Source: Octopus vulgaris
Lineage: Eukaryota
DNA length: 64,000 nt
Reading direction: 5' to 3'
Assembly (NCBI GenBank): GCA_951406725.2
Contig: OX597825.1
Coordinates: forward strand, 33,232,001-33,296,000
Shown here: piece by piece, positions 52,983-64,000 of the stretch
Position numbering within the stretch: position 1 is the stretch's first letter
How the letters are laid out: every line of letters begins with the position of its first letter
Made by a program: the position numbers and the translations under genes
The notes under the pieces: model-generated
What the model saw: only the letters and a program-made list of their open reading frames with translations
What the model was told of the DNA's origin: nothing
Databases searched by the model: none

Positions 52983-53849
52983 CAAAGTGTTTCAAAAAAT
53001 TTTATATCATTTCGCAATCTTAACAACTTTGCCAGTCCTTGTTCAAATGATTTCAAATTTTAACAGCATGTGTAGAAACAGGTCAAAATTTTATGTTTAA
53101 TGTTTGATATGTTTATCCTTTCAGCTATAGAAATGGCATTCACTGGAAGTGAAAAGGCGTTTTGTGTGTTGGAGTATGCTCATACACAGTCGAACAAGAC
53201 TGTGCAGTGTGCATTTGTGATAGAGTTCTCTAAAATGTCACCAACGGCAATGCAGATTTGGACATGGCACAAAAAATTCAAAGAGGAAGGCTATCGGTGC
53301 AGGGCAAAAGGATCTGGACAACCACTAACATTGGAAGAGATGGTCAAGCAGGTTCACCAAAAATTCTTGCAAAGCCCCAAGAAGTCCATAAGAACAAGTC
53401 TGGAAACCCAGATTCTCTAACGACAATTTGGCACATCCTGAGGAAACACTTGCTAATGAAACTCTACTAGCTGCAGTTTGTTCAGGCCATAACAGCAGAT
53501 GACAAGCAAAAGTGCAAACAATTCAGATTTGAAGAATCTGAGTTGAAGGAATGTCTTGTTTTCAGTGATGAGGCCACATTTCATACGATTGGCAAAGTCA
53601 ATAAGCATAATATTTGCATTTGGGGGCGAAGAAAGTCCCCATGCCACAGTTTAGTATGCAGGCGGTGCGCATACTGAACATTTGTGAAATCGTTCATGGA
53701 ATCCACATACCTTTGAATTTCTCATTCAAATTTGGAGGAATAAATCTTATGTTGCTCAACATTAAGCCTGTTTAGTCTCATTTGCTTTGACTATGTAGTT
53801 TCTGTGATATTTACATCGCAAATGATATCAAATTTTTTTAAACACTCTG
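52983..53849 (+). mobile_element. Internally deleted Tc1/mariner-superfamily transposon (DUF4817-type HTH, DD41D/rosa-like)
   Basis: TA TSD and ~30-bp TIRs (CAAAGTGTTTCAAAAAATTT/AAATTTTTTTAAACACTCTG); transposase EKAFCVLEY..WHKKFKEEG..SPKKSIR..VLFSDEATFH..GKVNKHN..WG, then jumps to the C-terminus GGAHTEHL*. Confidence 0.85.
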
Positions 53850-54026
53850 TATATATATGTATGCATATACATACATACATATGTATGTATATAAATATAT
53901 ATGTCTGTGTATGTATATATAGGTATATTCATATGTGTGTATATAATAATAATATATAAGTATATTTATATATGTGTGTGTATGTTATATATGTATGTAT
54001 GTAGAAGTATATGTGTGTGTGTATAC

Positions 54027-54063
<37 letters not shown>

Positions 54064-54123
54064 GTAGTATATGTGTGTGTGTATACATATATATATATAT
54101 ATATGTATGTATGTAGAAGTATA

Positions 54124-54171
<48 letters not shown>

Positions 54172-54363
54172 AGTATATTTGTGTTTGTGTGAATATAAAT
54201 ATATGTTTTAATTCAGATAATGTTAAAACATGAAGCCTGAAGCTTAGAACCAGGAGTTGTCCCAGACATGTTGGTATCAAAAGGGTTAAAGAAATTCTTC
54301 AAAACCAGTAATGAGTTTGTGATTAGAACAAATTACCAAGAGATAGGGAAAAGGGTTACTTAC

Positions 54364-54440
54364 GATTAAAGATGCAACAAACTGATCGTAAAGTTTGATT
54401 GGGTTCCAGCTTGTAATGATATCGTATGTTATCACAGCAC
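54364..54440 (-). CDS. DDHD1: DDHD1 exon
   Basis: cccctag|(G)AVITYDIITSWNPIKLYDQFVASLI|gtaagt, 77 nt; completes the HSLG.VI.YD motif. Confidence 0.93.
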
Positions 54441-55020
54441 CTAGGGGCCAGAAATATACAAACAGAAAGTTGAAATAATTTTTCATATTTAAAAAAAAAT
54501 ATATTTGTGATATGTTGAATGTGAAAAAATACAAAATTTCAAGATTTTTATTGCATATAAATACATATAATAATCCTTTCTATTGAAGGCACAAGGCTTG
54601 AAATTTTGTAGGAAGGGACTAGTCGATTGCATCGACCCCAGTGTTCTACTGGTATTTAACTTATCAACCCTGAAATGATGAACGGCAAAGTCGACCTTAG
54701 TGGAATAAATATAAATAATATGATATTATAAGAGCTATTTCAACAAACTTTACCAAGTGACTATATATATTATCATCATCATCATCATCATTTAATGTCC
54801 GTTTCCCATGCTGGCATGGGTTGGATGATTTGACAGGAGCTGGCTAGGCGGAAGATTGCACAAGTCTTCACTGTCTGTTTTGGTAGGGTTTTTATGGCTG
54901 GATGGTCTTCCTAATACCACCAACCACCATACATGCACACATATATATGTATTAGACAAACACAAAGATTTATACAGAGTGGGCTAAAAGTCATGCACAA
55001 AATAAGTTCAATAAGCTCAC

Positions 55021-55055
<35 letters not shown>

Positions 55056-55122
55056 CATATACTATACACACACATACACGTATATACATACATATATATA
55101 CATACGCTCACGTGTGTGTGTG

Positions 55123-55158
<36 letters not shown>

Positions 55159-55242
55159 CATATACTATACATACACATACACGTATATACATACACTTTT
55201 AAATACATATATATATATATATATATATAAATATATATATTA

Positions 55243-55431
55243 CCGCCTAACAGGCCCTCGTGCCGGTGGCACATAAAAGCACCCATTTTTGGTTGGCATT
55301 AGGATGGGCATCCAGCTGTAGAAACTCTGCCAGATCAGATTGGAGCCTGATGCAGCCATCTGGTTCACCAGAGCTCAGTCAAATTGTCCAACCCATGCTA
55401 GCATGGAAAGCAGACGTTAAACGATGATGAT
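55243..55431 (+). mobile_element. RTE 3' UTR fragment (family B)
   Basis: Family B core and tail; an inverted copy lies at about 54772-54930. Confidence 0.75.
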
Positions 55432-55447
55432 ATATATCATATATATA

Positions 55448-55492
<45 letters not shown>

Positions 55493-57125
55493 TCACCTGA
55501 TGTCTTAGCCTCAGGATATGATCATTGTCCTAGGTTGAGTTTGAATTGGGAACCATATTTTAAAAATGAGTAATAATGATGTCATTATAGTCTTATTGAA
55601 ATAAGTTATTTCAGTCAATTAGACATTTAATCTGCCTAAATGAAATCAAGTAACGAGAATAATGTATCTATGTAGTCACTTGACCTACCATACCATGCCA
55701 CCTTTAAAAATGGATACACCAGAAAATGTAGTTCATGGTATACTGTTTCTGGATGGGTGAGGGAAGTTTATAGCTCTTTACAGTAGGGTTGTTTATTCAG
55801 GGCCAACTTGGGGCTTACAACAACAACATAAATCAAATTCTATTCTTCACTATGCCATTCCCAACTTCAATATTTATGAAAGAAAACCATTAAAATGAAA
55901 TTAACAATGTCTTTCAATAGAACATACACTTCAGCAAGCAAGTTACCCTATTGTAAAGATGGGCTTAACCTTATAGTTAACCTACTTAACAACACCAGAT
56001 CAATAATGAGAGTATAATTGTTCTCTTTATCAATAATTGATTAAGTATCATTGTCCAATGCATGACAAAAGTCTGAGATACTCTCCCTTCACACATTATG
56101 GATTGCCATAATCATAATGATATAATATGAAAATCAAACAATACCATTACAACTTATTTCATAAGGATTAAAAACACATACATAACACTAAAAACTAAAA
56201 CCCTTTTCAAATTATATTATTTTTTTATCACTTTTAATTAGTTTCTTTTATTAATTCATTCATATTTTATTGATATTTAAACTAAATTTTGGATCAAAGA
56301 AGCTGCATAATTGGTGGTGGTGGGGGAATGATTTCATAAATCAGTTTATTTGGATCAATAAGCATTCAGATAGAACTTTTTCCTAATTTTATTCTGGATT
56401 TGACAGTTCAGTATCCAACACCTATTTTCCCCCCCCATTATCATGAATAAATGATGAAGTTTCATAGAGACTGAATGAGATAATTATTAACGTTATCATG
56501 TTACTAAAGACTGTGCCTTTGGATTGCATTTTATATATTAAAAAAAAAATGTCAATGACTAAATATAAAGACAACAATGTAAGTGAGAAGTATGAACCTT
56601 TTCAAAGAATAAATTATTTAGCTTAAGTACTTGCAAAACAATATATATTGTTTATCTTTGAACAGTTTTCAATCATTGGACTGTGTTCATGCTGGGGTAT
56701 CGCCTTGAAAAGTTTAGTCAAACAAATAAATATTAGTACTTAATATTTTTTTTAAAATCTGATACTTTTTCCATTGATCTCTTTTGTCAAAAATTGTCAA
56801 GTGGTGGTGGGCATAAAGACACACATATATACAATCATCATACATAAACATACATTACATGGAAAAATGTGAGCATGAAAAGTCATATTCTTAAGATTAT
56901 AAACCTGGAAAAGTACAGGACAAGTTATTACACCTGTAAAAGTATAGGACAAGCTATTGCTTCTAGTAAAGTAAAGAATAAGAAACTTTTTACTTAAAAT
57001 ATTGCAGCAAAGAATGCCAGTTATTCTTACTTATCAATCTTTACAGTTCCCATCTTTTAAATTGTTCAGCTAATTTGTAAGTTTGTCTAATTAGTCACTT
57101 TTTTTCTGTTCAGCTAATTTGTAAG

Positions 57126-57520
57126 TCTGGTTTCCGTGTCGGTGGCACGTAAAAAGCACCATTTGAACGTGATAGTTACCAACATCACCTTACTGGCACT
57201 TGCGCCAATGACACGAGAACAAAACATTCGAGTGAGGTTGTTGCCAGTGCTACTGGACTGACTGCTGTGCAGGTGGCACATAAAAAACACCATTTTAGCG
57301 TGCCCATTGTGAGTACCGCCATACTAGCCCTCGTGCTGGTGGCACATAAAAGCACCCACTACACTCTTGGAGTGGTTGGCGTTAGAAAGGGCATCCAGCT
57401 GTAGAAACCCTGCCAGATCAGATTGGAGCCTGGTGCAGCCATCTAGTTCGCCAGTCCTCAGTCAAATCGTACAACCCATGCTAGCATGGAAAGCGGACAT
57501 TAAATGATGATGATGATGAT
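57126..57520 (+). mobile_element. RTE 3' UTR fragment (family B) with 4 tandem units
   Basis: Repeated GGTGGCAC.TAAAA units, core and (GAT)n. Confidence 0.8.
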
Positions 57521-57727
57521 ATATATATATATTTAGCAAATAAGAAAATGGAGGAGAACAATAGGTGGTTCATCAACTTTTGAACATTAAAATGTTAACT
57601 TATTTATTTATTAAACTAATAATTATAACATACATACATATAGCATATTATTCTTTAGATATAAGATATAAAATATAGTAATATATAAGGATACCAGTAA
57701 TTATTATAAAGAACATAAATTGGTAAA

Positions 57728-57856
57728 ATAACTTACAGCTGTTTCAGCCAATAGATAAAAATACCTCATTCTACCTATATTACTCAAGTGGATTGAGGTA
57801 ATAGGTAGATGAACATGAGGTACTTGTATATATCTCTAGGCTTCGTCAGAGATTAC
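57728..57856 (-). ncRNA. Hammerhead ribozyme (Penelope type) with intact core and 97-nt extended stem II
   Basis: gtaatct-CTGACGA-agcc[long hairpin]ggct-GAAA-cagctg-TA-agttat; predicted cleavage after GUA at 57734. Confidence 0.72.
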
Positions 57857-58244
57857 ACATACACACACAAATATATATATAGCCATGTGGACTAGTAGTT
57901 AGGGAGTTGCACTAACAACTGCTAAATTGTGGGCTCAGTTCACTGACTGAGTGGTGAATAGTGTTCCTCAGTAGAACACATCATTTCACATTGCTTCAGT
58001 CCACTCAGCTGTAAATAAGTAACCCTATAAAAGACTAGCTTCCAATCAGGGGTAATGTTGGGCTGCTCACCCAGCCATTAGGGTGGCACCATTCAAAAGC
58101 TAAAATGATGCAAAGAACATTGTGACAAGCAATGTATAACAACATCTAATAGTCTGGTTGATTACAGCTTATACATACATATATGTATAGAGACACACAA
58201 TACATTCACACACACACACACACATATATAAATATATACACACA

Positions 58245-58565
58245 TTACTGGCGCTCCATTGGTTATGATGACAAGGGTTCTAGTAGATCCAATCAATGGT
58301 ACAGCCTGCTCATGAAATTAACATGTATGAGGCTGAGCACTCCACAGACACATGTACCCTTGATGTAGTTCTCGGGGAGATTCAGCATGACACAGAGTGT
58401 GACAAGGCTGGCCCTTTGAATTACAGGTACTACTCATTTTTACCAGCTGAATGGACTGGAGCAACATGAAATAAAGTGTCTTGCTCAAGGACAGAACATG
58501 TCGCTGGGAACTGAACTCACGACCTGGCGATCCTGAGTCAAATATCCTAACCACTAAACCACATA
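58245..58565 (-). mobile_element. SINE family E
   Basis: 3' half shared with family D, different head and body. Confidence 0.75.
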
Positions 58566-59130
58566 TACATACATAAATATACTTATAATCATCATCATCA
58601 TCGTTTAATGTCTGTCTTCCATGCATGCATGAGTAGGACAGTTGACAGGAGCTGGCTAGGTAGAAGACCACCCCAGGCTACTGTGTCTGTTTTGGCAGGG
58701 TCTTTATGGCAGGATGCCCTTCCAAACACCAACCACATACATACATACACACACACACTATACATACATACACACACACACTATACATACATACACACAC
58801 ACACACACACTATACATACATACAGACAGACAGAAATATAGTCTTTATTTTTTGGTTTAAACAGCAATGCTATTTGTGTAAGGTCTGACTGCTATTTCTA
58901 GCACAACAAGTAAAAGGATTTTATAGAGGCTGTCTTGGCTCAACTAAGTAAGTAAAACAAATGTGTTAACATACAGCCATTTCTGTTATAGTATATATCT
59001 GAAACAATAAAGAGGATGGTCACAGTTGGAATTCTATGACCTTAGTTTTGTTCAATCAAAGATGACCTAGAGCTTAACAACAACAACAACAACAACCAAA
59101 ATGATTTGAAGTGTCTGTTTAAATACTTAC

Positions 59131-59242
59131 CCAAGGAATGTGCAGCAATGGATATCTTTCCTCCAGCAGAAATAAAATAAGGATTTCTGAGGCAGAACAC
59201 AGAATACAGTCTGTTTATCTCAGATTGCAAACCATGGGTAAT
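59131..59242 (-). CDS. DDHD1: DDHD1 exon with the catalytic lipase motif (AHSLG)
   Basis: tttcag|ITHGLQSEINRLYSVFCLRNPYFISAGGKISIAAHSL(G)|gtaagt, 112 nt. Confidence 0.95.
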
Positions 59243-59419
59243 CTGAAATAAAGTTACACTTTTATTAATAATTTGCCATCAAATTTTGAATTCAAATGTT
59301 TACCTCTTTAGTATTTAAATCAGCTATATCTGGCCAAAATATTCTACTTGTTTATGTTCAAACTGGCCAGATTTGAACTCTTACATACACCCTGTATCAT
59401 TCTAAAAAAAACAACCAAT

Positions 59420-59800
59420 AGGCACAGGAGTGGCTGTGTGGTAAGTAGCTTGCTTACTAACCACATGGTTCCGGGTTCATTCCCACTGTGTGGCACCTTG
59501 GGCAAGTGTCTTCTACTATAGCTTTGTCAGTGGATTTGGTAGACAGAAACTGGAAGAAGCCCGTCGTATATATGTATATATATGTGTATGTGTGTGTATA
59601 TGTTTGTGTGTCTGTGTTTGTCCCTCCAACATCACTTGACAACCGATGCTGGTGTGTTTACGTCCCTGTAACTTAGTGGTTCGGCAAAAGAGACCAATAG
59701 GATAAGTACTAGGCTTACAAAGTCCTGGGGTCGATTTGCTTGACTAAAGGCAGTGCTCCAGCATGGCCACAGTCAAATGACTGAAACAGGTAAAAGAGTA
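59420..59800 (+). mobile_element. SINE family A nested in a TTAA MITE
   Basis: Full copy; AACCA duplicated at both flanks. Confidence 0.85.
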
Positions 59801-59834
59801 ACCACATGATCGAAATCTCAAAGCTATGAAATAA

Positions 59835-60052
59835 TCCTTTGTATTATAGGCACAAGGCTAGAAATTTTGTGGGAGGAGGCTAATTGATTACATTGTTCCC
59901 CCAGTAACTTGACTGGTACTTATTTTATCAACCCTGAAAGGATGAGAAGGCAAAGTCAACCTTGGCAGAATTTGAACTCAGAATGTAAAGAGAGACAAAA
60001 TGCTATCACACATTTTGCCCAGCATGCTAATGATTCTGCCAGCTTGCCACTT
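59835..60052 (-). mobile_element. SINE family C nested in the same MITE
   Basis: Full copy; AAAGCTAT..ATAAT repeated at both flanks. Confidence 0.8.
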
Positions 60053-60579
60053 TAAAGCTATCTGATAATGCAATAACTAATTTAAAACAATGTGAATAAA
60101 TAAACATTACATTCAACAGAAACTGTACCCAATACATTCTCTAAAGTCACTTCTGACTGATTGACCAGGACATAGAGGCAAGAGGATCTGTTAGTCCAGA
60201 TGAAGATATGACATTCTCTCTAGTGCTAATGCCACATAGAATGCAACCAGTACACTTTATAAAGTTGATGGGAAGGGCATGCAGCCATAGATGCCAAAAA
60301 TAGAATGAATAAGCAAGACGTGGACCCCTGAGTGCGGGAGGACAGTAACTCAGAATAGAAACTGATTTGGACTGACAACTTTTCCATTCCCAGCCAGCAT
60401 GAACAGTGGATAGTGATGATGAAGATTATCTCCATTATTAAAGTGAGTTTCAGCCTTGTTTATATTTGAACTACTTCTTGTACAAAATATAAAACATAAT
60501 TGAATAAATGAGGTGTTCTTGCTCTTATTGACAGTAAAAAGAAGCTGAGATATGCTATTTAGAGACATTGGTGTAAGGA

Positions 60580-61320
60580 GAATGCATGGGAGAAAGAGGG
60601 TCTATCCCAAGTTGACAGCAGTATGGTAGACAGGGCAATTTAGGATATGAAGGCAGGGAAGGCACCTGGTCCACCAGGAATCACAACTGAGATGCTTAAG
60701 ACCTCTGGCAGAGTAGGAAATGTGTTTGTCACCCACATAATAAACAAGGTTATACAAGAAAGTGTCAAACCCAATGTTGGCAAAGCAGTATCATTGTCAA
60801 AAGTTACAAAGACAAAGGCAAAATATAGAGGTATTAGACTAAGTTTTGAAAGTTACAGAATTATAACACAAAAGACTACTGATGCCACGTTCTTAGTGAG
60901 ACCTCTATAGGAGTAATCTAGTCAGGAATAAGCCTCTATACCTCTCCAGAGCAAGGAACTCTAGAGAAGATAGGATTCTTTGCTCTGTGATCTGGTGGTC
61001 ACTGAAGAAGCTTGGAGTAGACATGTAGCTTGTGAAAGCTGTGCAAACCATGTATAAGGGAATAGTTAAAGTGAAAATTAGTGACAAAGTATAGCAATGA
61101 ATTTAGTGTGAAGGTTAGGGTTAACAAGGGCTTAGTCTTCAGTCTCTTTTCTTCACTACAATTCTTAAAGCTATAACAGAAAGGTTTAACACCATCTGCC
61201 CATGGGAACTTCTTTATGCTGACAACCTAACTATTATGGAAGACTCAGAAAAGAAATTCCTGACATACAAGACCAAATCTGGAATCAAGAGGCTTTAAAG
61301 TGAATTTAGCAAAGACAAGC
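60580..61320 (+). mobile_element. Degenerate RTE reverse transcriptase fragment
   Basis: MKAGKAPGPPGITTEMLK..YRGI..TTDATFLVR..IWWSLKKLGV..VQTMY..CPWELLYADNL with stops and frameshifts. Confidence 0.85.
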
Positions 61321-61453
61321 TTTAAGTAAGTAAGCATTATACAATCTTCATGATCTTTACTCTGTTTTTGAAATACAGTCCCATTCCTCAAAACTTTCCA
61401 CAAACAAGATTTGAACTCTACTCATATAATAATTGAATGGAAAGAGAACTTAC

Positions 61454-61560
61454 CTCTGATCGGTAGAGTGGACTTGTATAGTATAGAATATCCATGGCAC
61501 TACTATTTAGAATTGTGCGGAGACCTTTTACACTATGGGGTGTAATGAGCTCAACAGTAT
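61454..61560 (-). CDS. DDHD1: DDHD1 exon
   Basis: attatcag|(D)TVELITPHSVKGLRTILNSSAMDILYYTSPLYRSE|gtaagt, 107 nt; LNSSAMDI.YYTSPLYR is typical of DDHD1. Confidence 0.95.
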
Positions 61561-61662
61561 CTGATAATGAATAATGGAGAAATTAAATTATTATTTACTT
61601 AATTTGCATCAGCTGATGTAAAAAGTTATTAGTAATAACACAATGATCTGATATCACATAAA

Positions 61663-62407
61663 TCTATATACACTACAAAAACTCGGCTTGCTTACGTGAG
61701 TGCTTGACTGTAATTTAATACAGCCAAACTAGTGCATAATGGGAAAATACTCTGAAAATAAGGTACCCCTGAAATGTGAATACAAATGGAATAAAGCAAG
61801 TTTTGCATAAATAGGACCACAGTTTAGTGAGAAAGGCGTTTTTTTTTCTTTTGATTTGTTTCCACAAATTTACGCAGTGAAACCTGGAGTTATTGCCCTT
61901 TGCAGAGAACACCTGGATAGTCTTGCCTGCATGCGTGCATGTCTGTAATTTAATACAGCAAAACTGGCGCATAATGGGAAAATACTCTGAGATACGTGGG
62001 TTTTATTTTTTTTAGGTACCTTCATAAATAGCCAAAACGGTGCATAATAGGAAAATACTCAGAAGATAACATAACCCAGATATGGGAAAATTGTTTCCAT
62101 TAATTTTATGTTTATGTTATATAATAATTCCTTTTGCCTTTTTGTAGAAGTGTGCACATATGTCATAAATAAATGCTGTTAATGGAGTTTAAGTTTATCC
62201 CAGAAGATCTATTTCTATAAGATGCTGTAAATAACGAATAAAACCTTAAGCATGAACTTGTAAACCAGACCTATGATGAAACAAACGAATTGAAGTATTT
62301 AACTGACTCAACATAAAATTAACTTGCATTTCAATGCAATGTTGAAATCAGTTTCAATGTTTTAACACCTAAACCGTCGGTGACCCAATCGGTTACGGGT
62401 AGTCTAG
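61663..62407 (+). mobile_element. Non-autonomous Helitron
   Basis: A|TCTATATAC 5' end; 3' hairpin (GTGACC/GGTTAC within CCGTCGGTGACCCAATCGGTTACGGG) followed by TAGTCTAG|T; three internal ~40-bp repeats. Confidence 0.7.
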
Positions 62408-62579
62408 TATTATATAAATTTATAAAAGTATATTACAAAAATCAATATACTTAGGTTATTAATATTAATGCAATGGTTCCATATAAAATTTCACTTGAAG
62501 TGAGCAAAAATTAAGAAAACAAATGAAAGATATGTAGACATGTGGTTCCTCTATATATTTTAGCAAGAAACTTCAAAAC

Positions 62580-62781
62580 TACTGTATTTTCTAGCATAAA
62601 AGTTGATGTAATATATAGCATAAACATGTAATGTAAATATTGTAATTATCCTTCCAAATTCTGCTGCATTTCACATGAAATTTGTACTCTTCCAAAGTTG
62701 TCTTAGTATATAAGTTAATCTACTGCTTTTGGCAACAAACATTGGTCTGAAAATTTTCCTTGTATACCAGAAAATATGGTA
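62580..62781. mobile_element. Tigger/pogo-like MITE
   Basis: TACTGTATTTTCTAGCATA / TATACCAGAAAATATGGTA terminal inverted repeats. Confidence 0.5.
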
Positions 62782-63038
62782 CCAATCCACAAGAGATAAA
62801 TTAGACATCTTATGATTGTTAGTGTTCTCAAATTACCGAGAGGAGTGTTGTCTAACAACAGTAGTTTTTTTATATCCCTTCTTTTTACTTACAAAAGGTA
62901 TCTCCATCTTATAAAAGAAAGCAGCAAAGTACAACAAACTTTTAGGGAGCTTTAAGCAGATAACAGTGAGTGTTGTAAACTATTTAGGAAAAGTAAAAAA
63001 AAAAACAACAAAAAAACTAAAAACAAGTTAATACCTAC

Positions 63039-63154
63039 CACCATCTAGTTGTAGACTGGATCGCCACTCTACAGGCAGGAATTCTACTCTCTGATTACCT
63101 TGGTCCAAATTAGGGAAATTTTTCTTTTTCAGTCGCTCTATAGATTCCCGCAGT
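63039..63154 (-). CDS. DDHD1: DDHD1 exon (most 5' exon found in the window)
   Basis: gattacag|LRESIERLKKKNFPNLDQGNQRVEFLPVEWRSSLQLDG|gtaggt, 116 nt; VEFLPVEWRS motif. Confidence 0.95.
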
Positions 63155-64000
63155 CTGTAATCAGTAAATACCATGTTATTTCAACAAATAAATTTCATCA
63201 AATAAAATCATCATCATCATTTAATGGAAAGTGGATGTTAAACGAAGATAATGATAAAAGTAGTAAAAGTTGAATGTATTAATAAGTCATTACAAAATGA
63301 AGTTTGCAAAGTCTTACATGCTTTATAAATATCAATTAACTTTTATCAAACTCAAAGTCTTTTTATTAGGGAACGGGGATATACTACATTGACTTGACCC
63401 CAGTATGTATCTCTGAATCCCATTATCAAACAAACTATTGGATTTTGTTATACATCGTTGGTCACAATGCACTTCAATTCTTTCTTCATATGCCCTTCTC
63501 TTCCATCTTGGCCCAAATCATTTAACTAAATTGTCATGGAGGTCTTCTCAGTCTCTTGAATACCAACTGGCATCTGCACAGGTCCACCTGCTGTGAACCT
63601 TGTGAATTGTCCATCCCAGCAAAACTTGTGCTTTGTGTATAATGTAGTTATGTTGTTCATTCTACTTCCCAAATTCTCATTTCATGCCAGCCTCTTCAAT
63701 AGCACCATCCTACTTCTGTTCTTATATGCAAGTGGAACATGGGCTACACTGAAAGATCCATGCTAGTATCTCAGTATGTAACTGCTATGCATTTTATTTA
63801 CACAAAGGAGATCAAAGAAAGAAAAATCAAACAAGACAATATTTGAACTCACAACCAAGAGGTATCAAATACCGTAAGTAGTTTCTTACATCTCTTTGCC
63901 ATCTGTGACACTTCAACTATAAGATGTTACTTAGCTTCACATCATCCCTGATTAAGCAGACTAAACGTTATCAGTAGAGGCATTTCAGCTGTGACTATCT

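Noticed and set aside
59131-59145. Non-canonical lipase motif AHSLG instead of GxSxG
   Set aside because: DDHD1 orthologues normally have a non-Gly first residue (SHSLG type).

Overview
AT-rich, microsatellite- and transposon-dense animal DNA. The SINE/LINE content points to an octopod cephalopod (inference). Two spliced protein-coding genes lie on the minus strand. (1) The 3' part of DDHD1 (intracellular phospholipase A1): ten phase-consistent exons from 63154 to the stop at 37659, plus a candidate 21-nt microexon; its 5' exons lie beyond the window. (2) An unusual gene: a large exon encoding a divergent LGR/GRL101-like 7-transmembrane domain (9639-8707) splices in phase 0 onto an exon encoding a TKL/TGF-beta-receptor-like kinase N-lobe (2114-1873). 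This is a candidate GPCR-(pseudo)kinase fusion receptor, and the rest of it lies left of the window. Introns and intergenic DNA contain several tRNA-derived SINE families, fragments of RTE, R4/Dong, CRE and CR1 LINEs, Tc1/mariner, hAT and TTAA MITEs, a Helitron, a probable solo LTR and a 5S rRNA pseudogene. There is also a set of fold-back elements in (TA)n tracts carrying Penelope-type hammerhead ribozyme cores. The best preserved (57728-57856) has an intact catalytic core on the sense strand of a DDHD1 intron. All calls were made by eye; repeat boundaries are approximate.
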